From NCBI RefSeq assembly GCF_018977255.1, contig NW_024704743.1:105526001-105590000 (forward strand): 64,000 bases of DNA. Reading direction: 5' to 3'. Positions 25,948-39,605 of the stretch are shown here, one piece after another (positions within the stretch are counted from its first letter, which is position 1; every line of letters begins with the position of its first letter). The position numbers were made by a program, and so were the translations under genes. This stretch comes from Callorhinchus milii (lineage: Eukaryota). Below the pieces are notes generated by a model. It did not search any database. It saw nothing but the letters and a program-made list of their open reading frames with translations, and was not told the DNA's origin.

Positions 25948-26907
25948 TAAGTGGGGCTGTAAGTGGGAATCCCGGCATATTCTCTGCCTTATGTAACCAC
26001 CTACCTGCCTTTTCTTTGAACCAAGCAAAAAAGATTGTGAGGCCCTCAAAGAGTTAAGCACGTTTGCGCTCAATCTCTTAGCGACATAATTTTAATATGT
26101 TTTTCACAAATCATGCAAAGCCTCTGTATGACATAGCTTTCACTGGAGACATCATGTAACATTTAAAAAAAATCCCTTTGCTAATCTGCCTCAGAGCCAA
26201 ATACATTATGATGTATTTGGATTTTATTGAAATGAAACCCCACTTGTTAAGAAGCACATTTCAACCACTGATGACTTCACAGAGTTTGTAATAGTCAGAA
26301 GAGCTTGTCTCATTATGCAAATGTGAAATTGTTTTAATTTCCATTTGTTCCCTAATTACAACAAAGGGGCTTCATAGCTATGGCTTGTCATACCTTGCTA
26401 AACATTTAAACTCGTGAGTCCTTCTATCTGTCAAGTGGAAATTCATTAAAACGCTTGTAAATTTTGCATGCTGGTATGTTCACCCATCAACAGTTTTTTG
26501 TTAACGCTTCATAATTCAGAGACAGCTAAGGAATCAGTATTGACTCTTGCCTTTTGCCATCTGTCACTTTTCTTTCAACACAGGTTTTATTATTTCAAGG
26601 TTGTCGACCTTGGAAAGATGTCTCGGAGGGGAGTCATTTTTTCACAGTCTACATTTACTCAATTTAGACAAGAGTGTGGACTTACTCACCTCAATGTGGT
26701 TTTGATGGAAAGAAGAAAGAATTGTCTGACCCGAATGCTTGAAAACTGTCTAATTCGGGGGCACCAATCTTCAGGCAAATATTATAATTCCTCGTTTCCT
26801 GATGAAGAGTAACAAGTAATAAAGGGCTGACATGCCTTTGGTTAATAATTTTAGCAATAATGTTTACATGTGTAAACATTGATAAGATGTCTGGAGATTA
26901 CAGAATT

Positions 26908-28925
26908 ACAACAGCAATAAAATTACATTTGTATAACACCTTTCACGTCGGGAGGATGTCCCAAGGCGCTGGACAATCAATGTTTTGGACCCAAGCTAGG
27001 AGTCAAGATCGTGACGGGTGGAGGGCAGGGGGGGAAGGAGAGTGATCGAAGGCATTGTCGAAGAGGAGGGTCTTGAGACGGTTCTTGAAGAAGGCAAGGA
27101 ATTGGGCGAGGCGGAGAGACTGTAGGATGGAGTTCCAGAGGGTGGGGGCAGAGTGACAGAAGGTCTGCCAGCCAATGGTGGGGCGGGCGAGGCAGGGGAC
27201 GTGAAGCAGGCTGGAGCCCTCTGAGAGGATGGAGCGGGTAGGTTGATAGGGGGTTAGAAGGTCGCAGAGGTAGGGGGAAGCAAGGCCATGGAAGGCTTTG
27301 AACAACAACAACAACAACAACAACAACTTAGATTTGATTTGGCGCCCTCCATGCCGGATGAAGGTGAGGGCCAGGATCTTGAACTGTATCCTCTGTGTGA
27401 TCGGAAGCCAGTGGAGTTGCACAAGGATGGGGGTGATAGAGTCATGGAGCCTGGTGCGGGAGAGGACACGGGCTGCAGAGTTCTTGATCATCTACATCCT
27501 ATGGAGGAAGGGGTTGGGGAGGCCAACCAGCAGAGAATTTTGTGTAGTCCAGCCTGAATGTTATGAATGTGTGTATGAGGGTCTCGGCAGCCTGCGGTGT
27601 GAGACAGTGGTGAAGCCGGGCGATGTTGCAGAGTTGGGGGAATGCAGAGCGCGATATATCACGGATGTGGGGTAGAGAGGATAGTTGAGGGTCAAACAAG
27701 ACGCCAAGGTTGCGGACTGGCTTAGTAAGGTGGAGTATGCAACCTTGGATGGTGATGCTATCAGTGCCTGAGGTGTGGAGGTGCTGATGGCAGCTAGTCA
27801 GGAGGACCTCAGTCTTGTTGACGTTCAACTGTAGAAAGTTAGCTCTTATTCAGGATTTGATGTCTGACAGACATTCTGTCAGGACAGCAGTGTTCCTGGA
27901 AGATGAGGGAGGAGGCAGAGAGATAGAGTTGGGTGTCATCCGCATACATGTGGAAATTGACCCCATGTCTGCAGATGATATCACCAAGAGGAAGCACATA
28001 GATATTGAAAAGGAGGGGAGCAGGGACAGAGCCCAGAGAAACTCCGCACGAGATGGTACAGGGACTAGAGGAGAAGGCGTTTGTGGAGATGAAGTGGAGA
28101 CAGTGTGAGAGGTAGGATCTGAACCATTCATGGACAGAACCATGACCATTGAGGTGAGAGGAAAGGCTGTGAAGGAGGATAGAATGGTCAATGGCATCGA
28201 AGGCAGCAGAGGAAAAGGAGGCAGAGGGAGCCTTGGTTGCAGATGCACAAAATGTCATTTGTCAGTTTGACCAAAGCTGTTTCTATGCTCTGCACGGCAC
28301 AGAAACCCAATTGGAGGGGTTCGTGAAGGGAGTGGCGGGAGAGGAAGCAACGACTCATTTCAGGACCTTGGAAAGGAAAGGGAGGTTGGAGATCCGGCTA
28401 GTAGTTTGAGAGCAGGGCTGGGTCCAGGGAGGGTTTTTAAGGATAGGAGTAATGACGGATGTTTTTAGAGGGGTGGGAACGGTACCAGTGGACAGGGAGA
28501 GGTGTCTGATATCTGTGAGTAGTGGGGCAAGGAGGTGGAGCTGGGAGGTAAGGAGAGGGCGAGGGATGGGGTTGAGGGAGCAGGTAGTCAGTTTCGTGTG
28601 AGTCATGGTGGTGATAAGAGAGGAGGGAGAAACAGGGTCAAAGGTGTGGAGGGAGGGATGGGTAGGGGCCAGGGTGTGAGGGGGAGATGGGGAGGGGCTA
28701 GTGGTTGGAAGGACAGAGGCAGCTGAGCGGATTCCCTCAACTTTGGTTTCGAGGAAGTTCAGCATCTCATCACAGTTGCCGTAAGACATGAAAGAGTGGG
28801 CAAACCAACCAGTTGGTGATGGAGAAGAGGAGCTGGGTTTGTCTTTGGCTTGTTTTGGATGAGTTAGCGGTGGCAAGGGCAGAGCAGTAAGATTTGATAC
28901 GGTCCAGCCCGATCTGCCGATGCTG
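26908..28925 (-). mobile_element. Longest L2 copy (~2 kb of ORF2 with tail), frameshifted
   Basis: [51 protein letters not shown] motifs in order; complete tail. Confidence 0.92.
27303..27358 (-). mobile_element. 56-bp tail-only insertion of a second L2-type family
   Basis: (AAC)n + gatttgatttggcgccctccatgccgga; TSD TGAA at 27299-27302 and 27359-27362; related to 29303-29382. Confidence 0.75.
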
Positions 28926-28979
28926 ATGAAACAAGAGGAATAATTAAAGGCTATCCCTCTTGTTTCTAAGGCACTATAT

Positions 28980-29300
28980 CACACTTCAATGCTGGGGGTG
29001 TCTGCATTGTTGGAAGTGCCATCCTTCGTATGATTCATTAAACCGAGGTTTCTTCGTGTTTGACAGACATTAAAGGTCCCATATTTGTAAAGAGAAGGAA
29101 CTTGCTCCTTACATTCAGGTCCACAATCTCCCAAATAAAATTGTTTATTCACTTCATGGCTGTTTGTGGTACGTTGCTTGAGCACAAATTAGCTGCCAAA
29201 TTCACCTACAAATACACAGTCACTACACTTCACAGCAAATCCTGTGAAGTATTTAAGACATCCTTCAGACGTGAAAGTCATGATAACAAATGTAAAGTTT
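28980..29300 (+). mobile_element. Deu-domain SINE, 5' truncated
   Basis: gtgccatccttcg...ttaaaccgagg core and tail. Confidence 0.7.
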
Positions 29301-29302
29301 TT

Positions 29303-29382
29303 CCCCCTGGCTCGGTCCCGGGATCTGAGACGCCGTCCGGTGTGGAGGGCGCTATATAAATCCAAGTTGTTGTTGTTGTTAT
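29303..29382 (+). mobile_element. Tail of second L2-type family
   Basis: gagacgccgtccggtgtggagggcgctatataaatccaag(TTG)n, CpG-rich. Confidence 0.65.
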
Positions 29383-30199
29383 TAAAGATTACTTGTGATT
29401 ATCACCATTATTCTTGCTCTCAGAAGCCATTAATAAAATGATTTAGGACAATTTAACAAAATGGCTAGTTTAGTTTGCCTCTTTAAAGAAAGCATAGCAG
29501 TATGCATGAGTGTGATATAGTTTTAAGAAATAACAAATGTCCTTGTGGCATCTTGTGACTTGAACGCATGAAATAAAAAAAGCCTTTTAGCAATGTTGTA
29601 TAGCCCATTCCAAATTGTCTTCTGCTTAATCCAAATAGGCTTATAAGAAAAGGTTTCCGCAACATAAAAAAAGTAAATCCAGTTCGCAAAGCATCTTTTT
29701 TCACCCACATTTCCTCTATACCTTTGTCCCTGTTCTTAACCAATATTCCACCCACTCTTCATTAAGATATTCATTTCTACTCTATTTCAGCAGAGAATTA
29801 AAATGGTATCAAAGTTCAAATCATCATGAAACTTCTGTTCCATCTGTTTATTTATCCCTTTTTCTGTAAGGTCTTATAATATCTTATGCATATTTCTATT
29901 TCTCCATAATTGTTGGTTGTACCTGAAATGAATAAATTCATTATTCATTCTTTGCTTTCAGGAAAAGTTCTTTTTTGTTTTTAAAAAAAAGACATTTGCA
30001 GTTCATGGATAGTACAAATTCACAAATATCTTTCCACATCATCATGGTGGAGAGGTAAACGGTGTCTCCTTGGAGCTGCGCTGGCTCCAAGGTGACTTGC
30101 TTAGCAACTGAATATTTGAATCGAGTCAACTCTGTGGGTGATCTCAGTAGTCGGGTTCCTAAGCTAGGGGAGTCCAGGGCACAGCTGATGACAACCAGT

Positions 30200-30372
30200 T
30201 CACCTGGCTGGTCAGCAGAACTTGGAGGAGCAGACTATTCCTTTCCAGACATAGAGAAATTTCCATGCATAGGTAGCAAAGACATGTAGAACTCTCAATC
30301 TGGTTTGAGTACACTTAAAACATGGTGATGTGTTTCCCTATATGTCAGACACTTGGCTGACTGCACAAAAAT
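30200..30372 (+). mobile_element. Family U 3' end, divergent copy
   Basis: atttccatgcat...tggtttgagtacacttaaaacatggtgatg...tgtcagacacttggctgac..aaaaa. Confidence 0.6.
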
Positions 30373-31597
30373 TCACCACTTTCATCTTCTCAGAGTCTGT
30401 TTCAATCCCACCCCCTCCCCCATCGGCCTCCTAGATGAGGAGAGAGCTGAAATTGTATAATATGTGACATAACTTTTGTGTAAGAAGGTTGTGTGTTCTT
30501 TGATACCAATCTGGAATCATATTGCATTTTCATCATTGAAGCAATTTAGCTGCTATGCACACTATAGACATGAAAAAAACATCAGGCATTCATTATGTTT
30601 CCAGGCCTTTTATTCCTCGATAAATGTAAACTACTGAAGATGGCAATAAAAAATATTTTAAACATTAAATCAAATTGCAATCATGGAAATTTTAAAACAG
30701 TTGTTTTTTTCAAGTTTCTGTAGGTTTGGAAGCCTTAATTCTGTCATGGAAAAAAATATCTTGGGTGTGGGGAAAGGGGAGTGGAGAACTATGGTACCCA
30801 ACTTCTTATCATTCATTCCATTACATTTGATTATCGAATCCAGGATTGATGTTGAATTATTTCTTCATGGATTTCTCAATTAATTGACCCATTTATTTCT
30901 GTACAGAGTATAAGACCCCCTAATCTTTACAATCAATACGGTTTGTAATGTCTGAGTCTATTTTGAGTTTTATGATTTGTCATGCTTTCTGGCCCAGGTA
31001 GGTTACAGACAGAATTGGACCAAGTTTAATTCTTTCCAGTTTATGAAAGCACAAGTATTTTTGGGGGGATAAAGAAAAGATTACATAAATATTGATTAGT
31101 TAATTAATCCATATTATACATTTATTTTAACACTTTAATTAATTATTTGGATAAATGAAAAATGTTTCTTAAATTTCTGAGCGCAAACGTTCTGATGGCA
31201 AATATGTGATGTCATAATTGTCACATTCCCCCAACACTATTATGGAAATAATATAAATATAAACTCAGTCACAAGATTGTACTACAATGCCATTGTGAAA
31301 TGTGCACTTTAAAATTATATGTCTTAGTAATGTGTTAATATTTTTGAAATTATTTTAACTGCTACATCTATTAAATTATGCCATATGAGCAATGAGACAC
31401 AGTGGAAGAATATTGAATACTGCAGAATATTCTGTTTACTTTCGGCTCTACATTTGATGTTCAATTGCTGAATTGTGGCTGTTGTCTTACAATTGGTATG
31501 AAATGCAAATAGAATCCAGCGTGCAGATGAAAAAAAGTAGAGGAATCAAAGTGAAAAATAGAACCCATTTATTCTGAGCTCTTTAAAAATTATAATA

Positions 31598-32078
31598 CAG
31601 TAAAACTCACATAAATCGTATCAGTCGGACCATTATATTTAATAGGACTTACGCAAAGTCTGAGTTGCAGGCAGACTTGTATAAATCATATAAAATCTGA
31701 TTTAATCAATAATCTATACTGCGCAGACAGAATTCAATGTAGCTGGTAAGTAAGTGTACATGTGATACTTTGTCACTGGAGCCTATAAGTGCGAATGCGG
31801 CGATGTATCAAGATTACGGTTACTGCAATTCACTGCAGATAGCCGGTAAGGGCACATGTATCAAGGGATCAGGAAGTAATTTCCCATGATTCAAAGCAGT
31901 CGTAAAATGCAGGAGTAACGGAGGATAAGGAAGCTGCATTACGAGTTAAGAGATGATTAATACGCCAACTGAAAAGAAATCTAAGTGGTTTTGATAGGAA
32001 ACTGAACGGGACTCTTGTGCATGTACAACTTAGGCAATTGTATGATTGATAAAGATAAGACTTATGCTAGTTTTACTG
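31598..32078. mobile_element. Tc1/mariner-superfamily (pogo/Tigger-like) non-autonomous element
   Basis: TA|CAGTAAAACTCACATAA ... TTATGCTAGTTTTACTG|TA: terminal inverted repeats with TA duplication. Confidence 0.75.
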
Positions 32079-32109
32079 TAATGACGATGTGCCGTCACAG
32101 CATAATGTG

Positions 32110-32470
32110 TTAGCTTCGTTCAGTTGGTAGCACTCTCATCTCTGGGTCAGCAGGTTTTATGAGTTCAAGCCATGGGTTGGGCACTTGTAGATTATAGATC
32201 AGGTTCACACACCAGTGAAGCATTTGGGGAGCACTACATTTGTCATCCCTTGATAGATACATTAAACTGAGATCCCAACTGCCTGTTTAGGTAGATGTTA
32301 AAGAATTAATGGTTCTCTTTGAAAAGAGAAAGGAGATTCTTTTAGTGTCCTGGCCAACATTCTTCCAGCTAAATTGATGATTCACTTTCTGTCTCTTTGT
32401 GGGGTATTACTTACTTATATACACAGTCGCTACGCTTTACAGAAATTTCTTTGCAGGACTTTGAATGCAA
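32110..32470 (+). mobile_element. Deu-domain SINE (old)
   Basis: tcagttggtagcactctcatctctgggtcag head; gtgtcctggccaaca core. Confidence 0.7.
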
Positions 32471-33427
32471 TGAACAAGTAAGATCGTTTCTGTTGTTTTC
32501 AGCAAATCAATAGTGACAACCATTATTGCCTTTGGATTGCACAGTTTCTTTGTCTTACAGCAACTTGAGGGTTCTTTACGCATGCTTGGTGATCCTCCAG
32601 ATTGTGTGCAAACATTTAACAGTTTGTTAACTTCATGAAATATGACATTTCAAGCTTTTTCATTGTACCTAATCATTTCCACAGCTTTGTATTCCTGGGA
32701 AACATAGCAAATTACAATAAATTGAATTACAGTACATTTATAATTTACAAAACAATTTATATTTATGTTTCGCTCACAAAATACACTGTCAATCCACTTT
32801 ACAGTGTATGCTGCAAAGCCCTTTGAGACGTCTCAACAATATGATAAGGCTCTATATCAAATGCAAAGATTATTATTTATATAGCACTTTTCAGATTAGG
32901 GGGAGTGAGTTGGCGAGGAGGGTGGAGAAGGGAAAGATGACCTAAAGCATAATCAAATAACATTCAAATGCCATGGGATCTCTAACGTCTACCTGAATAT
33001 CCAAAGGGCAAATCCTCCAACACATTTTGTACCATTTGGAATTGTTTTTTTCTCTGTCTCATTTGCTGCCAAGCCATCATGGATGAGATTATTGTTGGTA
33101 GACAGAAAGGCAATGAATGTAAATTGTTTGTGACTGTGAGGTTTTCTTATTTCAGCTTCCCTGACAGATCCAATCTGCTAATGATGCGTGAGATATATAA
33201 ATAACAAAATATACAGAGAGGGTTCTATCAATCTAACATTCACACTGTTAGCATTTACCTACTCCAAACATGTTGTGCAGTTCCATTTAAAGCAACATAT
33301 TTTAAACACAAATGCTCTGTTGATTTATATAATGTGTTTACATTTCAAACAATCAAACAATTATACCCCAGCTGTTCCCTCCACTCAGCCTGTTTCATAT
33401 CCCCTACCCAATCTGTCAAACCGTCAG

Positions 33428-33600
33428 TAATAATAATAAAAAAATTCCTTGCATTTGATATAGAGCCTTTTCATGTCTTTGAGACATCTCAAAGCGCTTC
33501 ACAGAATATACTGTAAGGTGAATTGACTGTATATTTTGTGGGCGAAATGCGGCAGCCAATTGCACACAACAGTGTCCCACAAACAGTCATCGTGACCAAA
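33428..33600 (-). mobile_element. SINE 3' half
   Basis: ccttgcatttgatatag...gtcccacaaacag. Confidence 0.75.
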
Positions 33601-34469
33601 TCTGTATTAGTAATAATTTTCAGCCTCGTCAGCAGTTGCAATGCAAATTCAAGTAATTTCATTCAAACGCTTCACGTAAGAGATCGCCTAACAGTGAGTC
33701 AGATTGATAGAATCTCTCAGTAGGTAAGCTTTCAGTCTCTCTGTAGCTCCATCTCAGAGTTCATCTGCCTCACCCCTATTCCTCCTCACCTTTAAAACAC
33801 ACCTTAAGACCATTCTTTTTAACCATGCTTCTGGTCACCATCCCCAACCCCCAACACACACAAACACACACACAGAATCTTTCTCAGCGATGTGTAAGGT
33901 GCTATACATTCATCAAAATAATTATATGCAATGTTAAAATAAATATATCCTATGCATAATGTAAGACTGTTATTGCAGATGCCTGCAGAATCCACATGTA
34001 AATCGGAATGGGTTTTAAAACAATGGAGTTTACAAAATAAATAGAGATGTGACCCTCACTAGTTAATGAGGTTCAATTAAAAAAAATTGACCGGGGGAGG
34101 GAAGTCCCACTGAGGTGGATGAGGGAGGAGAGGAGGTCAAGAAGGATGTCGTGGTCCACTGTGTCAAAAGAGGCGGAGAGGTTCTTGTGATGATAACATA
34201 GATCTTTTAAGCCACAAAAAATGCCTACAGAAATTATACTGTGATTTTAAGATGCGATCCATTATTTTATTCTCCAAATTCTGTGATTAATCTTCTATTG
34301 TTAAGACAGAATTTCAGACATTAGTTGCAAATTGTCATGAACAGGTAGAAAAAATTACCATCAACAAGCCGGTTGTGCCTGTCAACTAATTGACAATGAT
34401 GGTTGCTTCACCAATGGAGCAATAAACTTAATGTTGCCACAAGAACATCGGCTTTTAATATAAATACTT

Positions 34470-34660
34470 TAACTGGGTGGGATAAGACCAACATGCCTGT
34501 TCAGGTGGACATTAAAAATCCAAAGGCACCACTCAAAAAGAAGTAGGGAATTTCTCCCTGTATCCTGGCCAACAGTCCCCCAACCAAATTGATCATTTGT
34601 TTCATGACTGTTTATGAGACATTGCTATGCCCAATTGGGCTGCTGTGCTCTCCTACAAAT
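34470..34660 (+). mobile_element. Deu-domain SINE fragment
   Basis: tgcctgttcaggtggacattaaaaatcc...tcctggccaaca. Confidence 0.6.
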
Positions 34661-36109
34661 TGGTTAAATGTATGAATAGTTAATAGCAGCTGTGAAACAT
34701 TTGCACAAATATTGCTTTCCCAAAGGTCCAACCCAGCATTTGAACACCAAATACCCAGGAAAATAGAACCTCCTAAAACTCTAAATGTGATTCTTGTCTC
34801 CCTAATGAGAATGCTAATAATCAAAGTAGCAAAATTTGCCAGTTGGCACCAAAAGTAGCTTTTAATAATTAGCACAACTTGTGAAGAATCAGTGTTTAAT
34901 GTGAAAAAAATGCAAATGTAACATATTGATCAGTGGTTTACTCGACAAGGATATAACAGAAAGGCAACCTTACAAACAAAATAATCTGTTTGGAGATTAA
35001 AATGTTATACTAGATCTACGTAATTCAGCACCCTAATGATACAGATAAACATGGTCATGTAGATGCGTGAGTTTAACTACATCTCCTTCTTGTACAAGAA
35101 AAAAAATAACAGGTCAAATAACAAATCACCAAACCTCTGTTGCTATGTTACCTCTGCACGGTATCCACGGCAACTTCACTGCCTTGAAAAGCATCTGCCT
35201 CCATTTGGGCATATTCATCACAACTAATTTTTTTGTACAGCAGCTGTCTTTGTCAGTAACCTTGAGTAGGTTTGTTACTTACTCTACCAACATAATTGAC
35301 AATTTATATAAGTAGAATTATTGCCTTCGCTCATGCAGTGTTTACTTAGAGTTCAAAAATCAGGACTGGAAACCACAAAACTTATTGTGTGATGATGGAA
35401 ATTAAGAACCCAACAACTCTCTATCTCCTTCTCAATCTGGAGTGCTCTTTATATCCTCTTCTGCCACAACAATATGTATTGGATTTGGTGAAGTATATTT
35501 CAGTGATGTGAGGTATCAACTATAAATGTTGTCGGGATTTTCCATAGTAACATAACTTAGAAATTTTTACGACTCCTGGTTTGGCAAATAACAGCTAAAA
35601 GTAAGGCTGCCATAGTCTTTGGGACTGAGATACATTCATAAAGGGGGAGGTAGTGTTCATCTGATCTCTCCATAATCTGATGTCAGAGCAAAGACTTCTG
35701 ACAATCCATTAAACTCTGCGAGAAGGGCAGTGGCTGTGGATATACTGCCCAGTCCTTGCAATTTAAGAAGAATCGATTCAGTTTGTCCTATTGTGAGCAA
35801 ACTCTTTAGAAAGGGAGATTTGGGGTCTTTGTTTTGTTTCTCAAAAGTGCAAAGAAAGATAATGCTGAGAGATTTCATCAGACATATCTTTATATCTCTT
35901 AAAAATCCATTAACTTTTTATTTTAAGATGAAATTGGGGATTTCAAGTAACTGCAAACACATCACACATAAGGTCTATTCGCAAAAATGCTTTGATGTGT
36001 CTGTGGCTCAATATGTAACATGATGTAGATAATTTGTGAACTCATCAATACCTTCCTAGTCCGAAAAAAAGCAAGATAAAGTTAATTATGGGTACAAATT
36101 CAACAAAAT

Positions 36110-36463
36110 CAATTTATATTTACATAGAGCCTTTGGAAGGACACCTCAAAGTGTTCACACAACTGGCTAGAAGTCTGGGCGAAGAGGAGTGGGGGGTAGG
36201 TGAATCACGGCAGCCAATTGGGTACAGCAGAGTCCCACAAACAGTTGTGGATTGAGTGAACAAATTAGATATTTGTTAAAGGGATTATTACCCCAGGAAA
36301 AGCGATCCACCAATTCACTAATAACCGGGTTCCTACTTACTGCTAGGTAAACAGGCATGTGTGGAGTAAGGAAACTTTCCCAATGTTTTGCTCTGCTCAG
36401 GAATCAAATCCAGGTCTTCTTGCTTGCGAGGTGAATGCTCCAACCATTAAGCTACAGGACTCC
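36110..36463 (-). mobile_element. SINE family A long form
   Basis: Ends agctacaggactcc (head); contains gggttcctacttactgctaggtaaacaggca. Confidence 0.8.
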
Positions 36464-38084
36464 AGAGCAGAGAGGGAGAGAGGGCAAGCCAAGGTAATTC
36501 TCCTCTTGTACTATTGGACAAATAAGAATGATAATAATAATCCTTGCATATGATATAGTACTTTATCACATCGTTGAAACATCTCAAAGCACTTCACAGA
36601 ATATATTCTAAAGACTATATTTGTGGGCGATAACAATGTTCAATGAAATAAAAATTAATAATAATGAAATAAAATAATAGGAAGTCAATGGATCCCAGGT
36701 GAATCGGTAACTCTGGAATAAAGCCGGTAATAATAATAAAATATTATGTGACACTACAATATTTCCCAAACTGAATTTTTCTTAATTAAGGGAGGATTTT
36801 CATGTATAATAGAGTGCATGCACTGAATTCTGTTGTTTAATGTAACTGTGTCTCTACTAATATTGAAAGCGCAGTGCAGCAATTCTGAAGTGTGGTCTTT
36901 CTGAGGTTATAAATTTACTTCAATCAGCTAAAAATCAATCCACACTGAAACAGATTCCACTGTTTGTACTCCTCTTTTACTTAGAATTTCAGGAGTGAGA
37001 TTGCAAAAAGATTGGTTCTCCTTAAACTGTATTTTTAATACATGTTAAGAAAATTGAATGTAGAAACTGCATTGAGTCAAAGCAAAAGAAATGTAGTGGA
37101 GAAAGAGCATGAAATGAAAAAGAAAACATGTGAGGAGAGACTAGAAATAATTGGACTGAATATAAAATAATTCCAGCCTTCTAGTAGTCTCGCCTTTCTG
37201 TTTTTATTGCTCCTTAATATCATTTATCTTTCACTTAATTTATTTTTTCTTTCATTCTGTTTGCTGTTTCTTTTATTCTGCTTTCAGCCAAGGCTATGGG
37301 TCCCAGGTGGTAGTGGAATAAAACCAGTGACCTGATAACTTCAAAGAACACTTCTATTAGTGCAAGGAAACCTACTGTTGAAACAAGGAACAGCTGCACA
37401 ATAGTAAATAAATCTGTGCATTTATCACAAACATGAAGGCAAACACCACTATTGCATATGAATATAAAAGTCCAAACGAACCACAGGGACAAAGAGAAAT
37501 CAAAAAGTATCTCACCTTGAACTATTCATATAGCCTTAACAGCCTTAGTTGGGGAGCATCATCTGTTTACCTTATAATAAATAATAATAATCCTTATTAT
37601 TTTCACATAGTGCCTTACATGTCAGGATGACATCTCAAAGAGCTTCATATGTAAACTGTAAATTGAAGTGGCTGCGTATCTTGGAGGTGAATGTTGGATA
37701 TTTGTTGGATAATTGTTCCTTGCACACGAAGAGTCACAAAAGGAGAATGAAACAAAGTTACATTTCTTCTTTTAAAAGTTATAAGTAATTCCATTCTACC
37801 CATGACTTGTTCACAGTTATTAACTTCATTGACCCTTAATTAACATTAGCAATGCTGACTGGCGTTGTTGATTTGTGCAGTGTCTAAGCAAGTAAACCAG
37901 ACTACATTATTGAATAAAATGTAAACATAATATGGCAAGTCTCAGCTAGCCTGAATTATCAGCAAAAAATAATTGTTTGAACAAATATCTTTCCTGAATC
38001 ATTTTATTGAAGCAAAGTTTTTTTAAAAATAATTTACTGGAACTACTTCAATCTACTGTTCAATATATTCATATACACCATATG

Positions 38085-38203
38085 CATTTCTCCCACAAAT
38101 ACGCAGTCAATTCACTTTACAGCATATTCTGTGAAGCACTTTGAGACGTCTAGAAGACGTGAAAGGCGCTATATCAAATGCAAGGATTATTATTATTATT
38201 ATT
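38085..38203 (+). mobile_element. SINE tail
   Basis: cagtcaattcactttacag...gacgtgaaaggcgctatatcaaatgcaagga(TTA)n. Confidence 0.75.
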
Positions 38204-38519
38204 GAGAGTTACTTTTAAAAAATCTGTGATCTCGGGGATTAAATACAGTAATAGATCCTGCAATACTCAACTTTATTAAGAATTCTCTTTTAAAATAGAT
38301 TTGAATCTTTCTTCTTTATTTCTTCGCAGTTTAACAGTATGAGTTAATGAATTTTCAATCAACAGACGCTGTTAATAGCATGGATTTCTAGCTTTTAGCT
38401 TTGGCACATTTACAGTTAGTCTTATAGTCTTAAATGGTCCAAGGTAACAGGACATCATTGCAACGTTCCTATCCATATGCTTTCCCTCTCACATAATAAT
38501 AGGGATTCAGAAATATTTG

Positions 38520-38840
38520 TTGATTAGCTGTGGGTTCAAACACCCTTTCAGAACTCGGAACTCATATAGTCTAAGTGGACACTCTAATGCAGTGCTGGGA
38601 TGTGCTGAGATGTTGGAGGTACCCTCCTTAGGATGGCAGGTTAAACCAAAGCCCTGTCTGCCTGTTCAGGTGAATGTTAAAGATCTCATGGGACTATTAG
38701 AAAAGATGAGGGAGTTTTTCACAGTTTCCTGGCCAACAATCGCCCAAATAAAAATGGTCACTCACTCCATGGCTGCAAATGGACTGTCTGGTTCGCCCAA
38801 AAATTACATAGTAACTACCCTTTACAGTATATCCTGTGAA
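38520..38840 (+). mobile_element. Deu-domain SINE
   Basis: tgtgggttcaaac head; ttaaaccaaagccctgtctgcctgttcaggtg core. Confidence 0.7.
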
Positions 38841-39149
38841 GCAGATCAGCCAGCTTCCTGCACATTTGTACAGCATCCAGGAAAACAGTACGTCATCTGT
38901 GACTGCTTCAAAAGCTTGCAAACCAGTCAAGCTGACCGGAAAACTTCTTGCTGTCCCTATGCGCAGGAAGCCAGGCGTGTACTATACATCTGCTAACTAT
39001 GAGTACAGAAGAACCACATTACAAGCTAACTCACAGTCTAGTATTTAATAATAATGGAGTTGCCCTTGTTTAATTTGGCAAGGATAATTTCATCCCCACA
39101 GCTTCAAAGAGCTCCGAGATGCTATGATGTTTTAACTTCCCTACAAGTG

Positions 39150-39605
39150 AATAATAATAAACAACCTTGCATTTGATGTAGCGCCTTATCACATTTCGTA
39201 AGTTGCCTTATGAACATGCATAGTGATTCAAAGGATTTACGAATCAAAGCACTTCACAGGATTTACTGTAAAACCTACTGACTCTGTATTTGTAGGTGAA
39301 AGCAGCAGTCAACAAGGTTCACAAGGAGCCAAGAAGTGAATGAGCAATTTTATCTGGTATTGTTGGCCAGGACACAGAGAGAACTCCCTTCTCTTTTCAA
39401 ATAGTGACTTGGGATCTTTATCTTTCACCTGAACAGGGAAACGGGATCTTGGTTTAACGTCTCATCCAAAAGGACAGCACCTCCGACAATGCAGTGCACC
39501 CACAGCACTTCATTAGAATATTAACCTTGACTATGAATTCAGAGTCCTAACATGGGGCTTGAACCCACAACAATCTGATTCAGAGGTGAGAGTGTTATTG
39601 ACTGA
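39150..39605 (-). mobile_element. Deu-domain SINE
   Basis: ggtttaacgtctcatccaaaaggacagcacctccgacaatgcag core; cttgaacccacaac..tctgattcagaggtgagagtg head. Confidence 0.8.

Noticed and set aside
27254..27675. PolyQ/polyN/polyC/polyL ORFs
   Set aside because: Translations of an (AAC)n retroposon tail.
35023..35045. REST/NRSE site
   Set aside because: Only the left half TTCAGCACC is present; no GGACAG right half.
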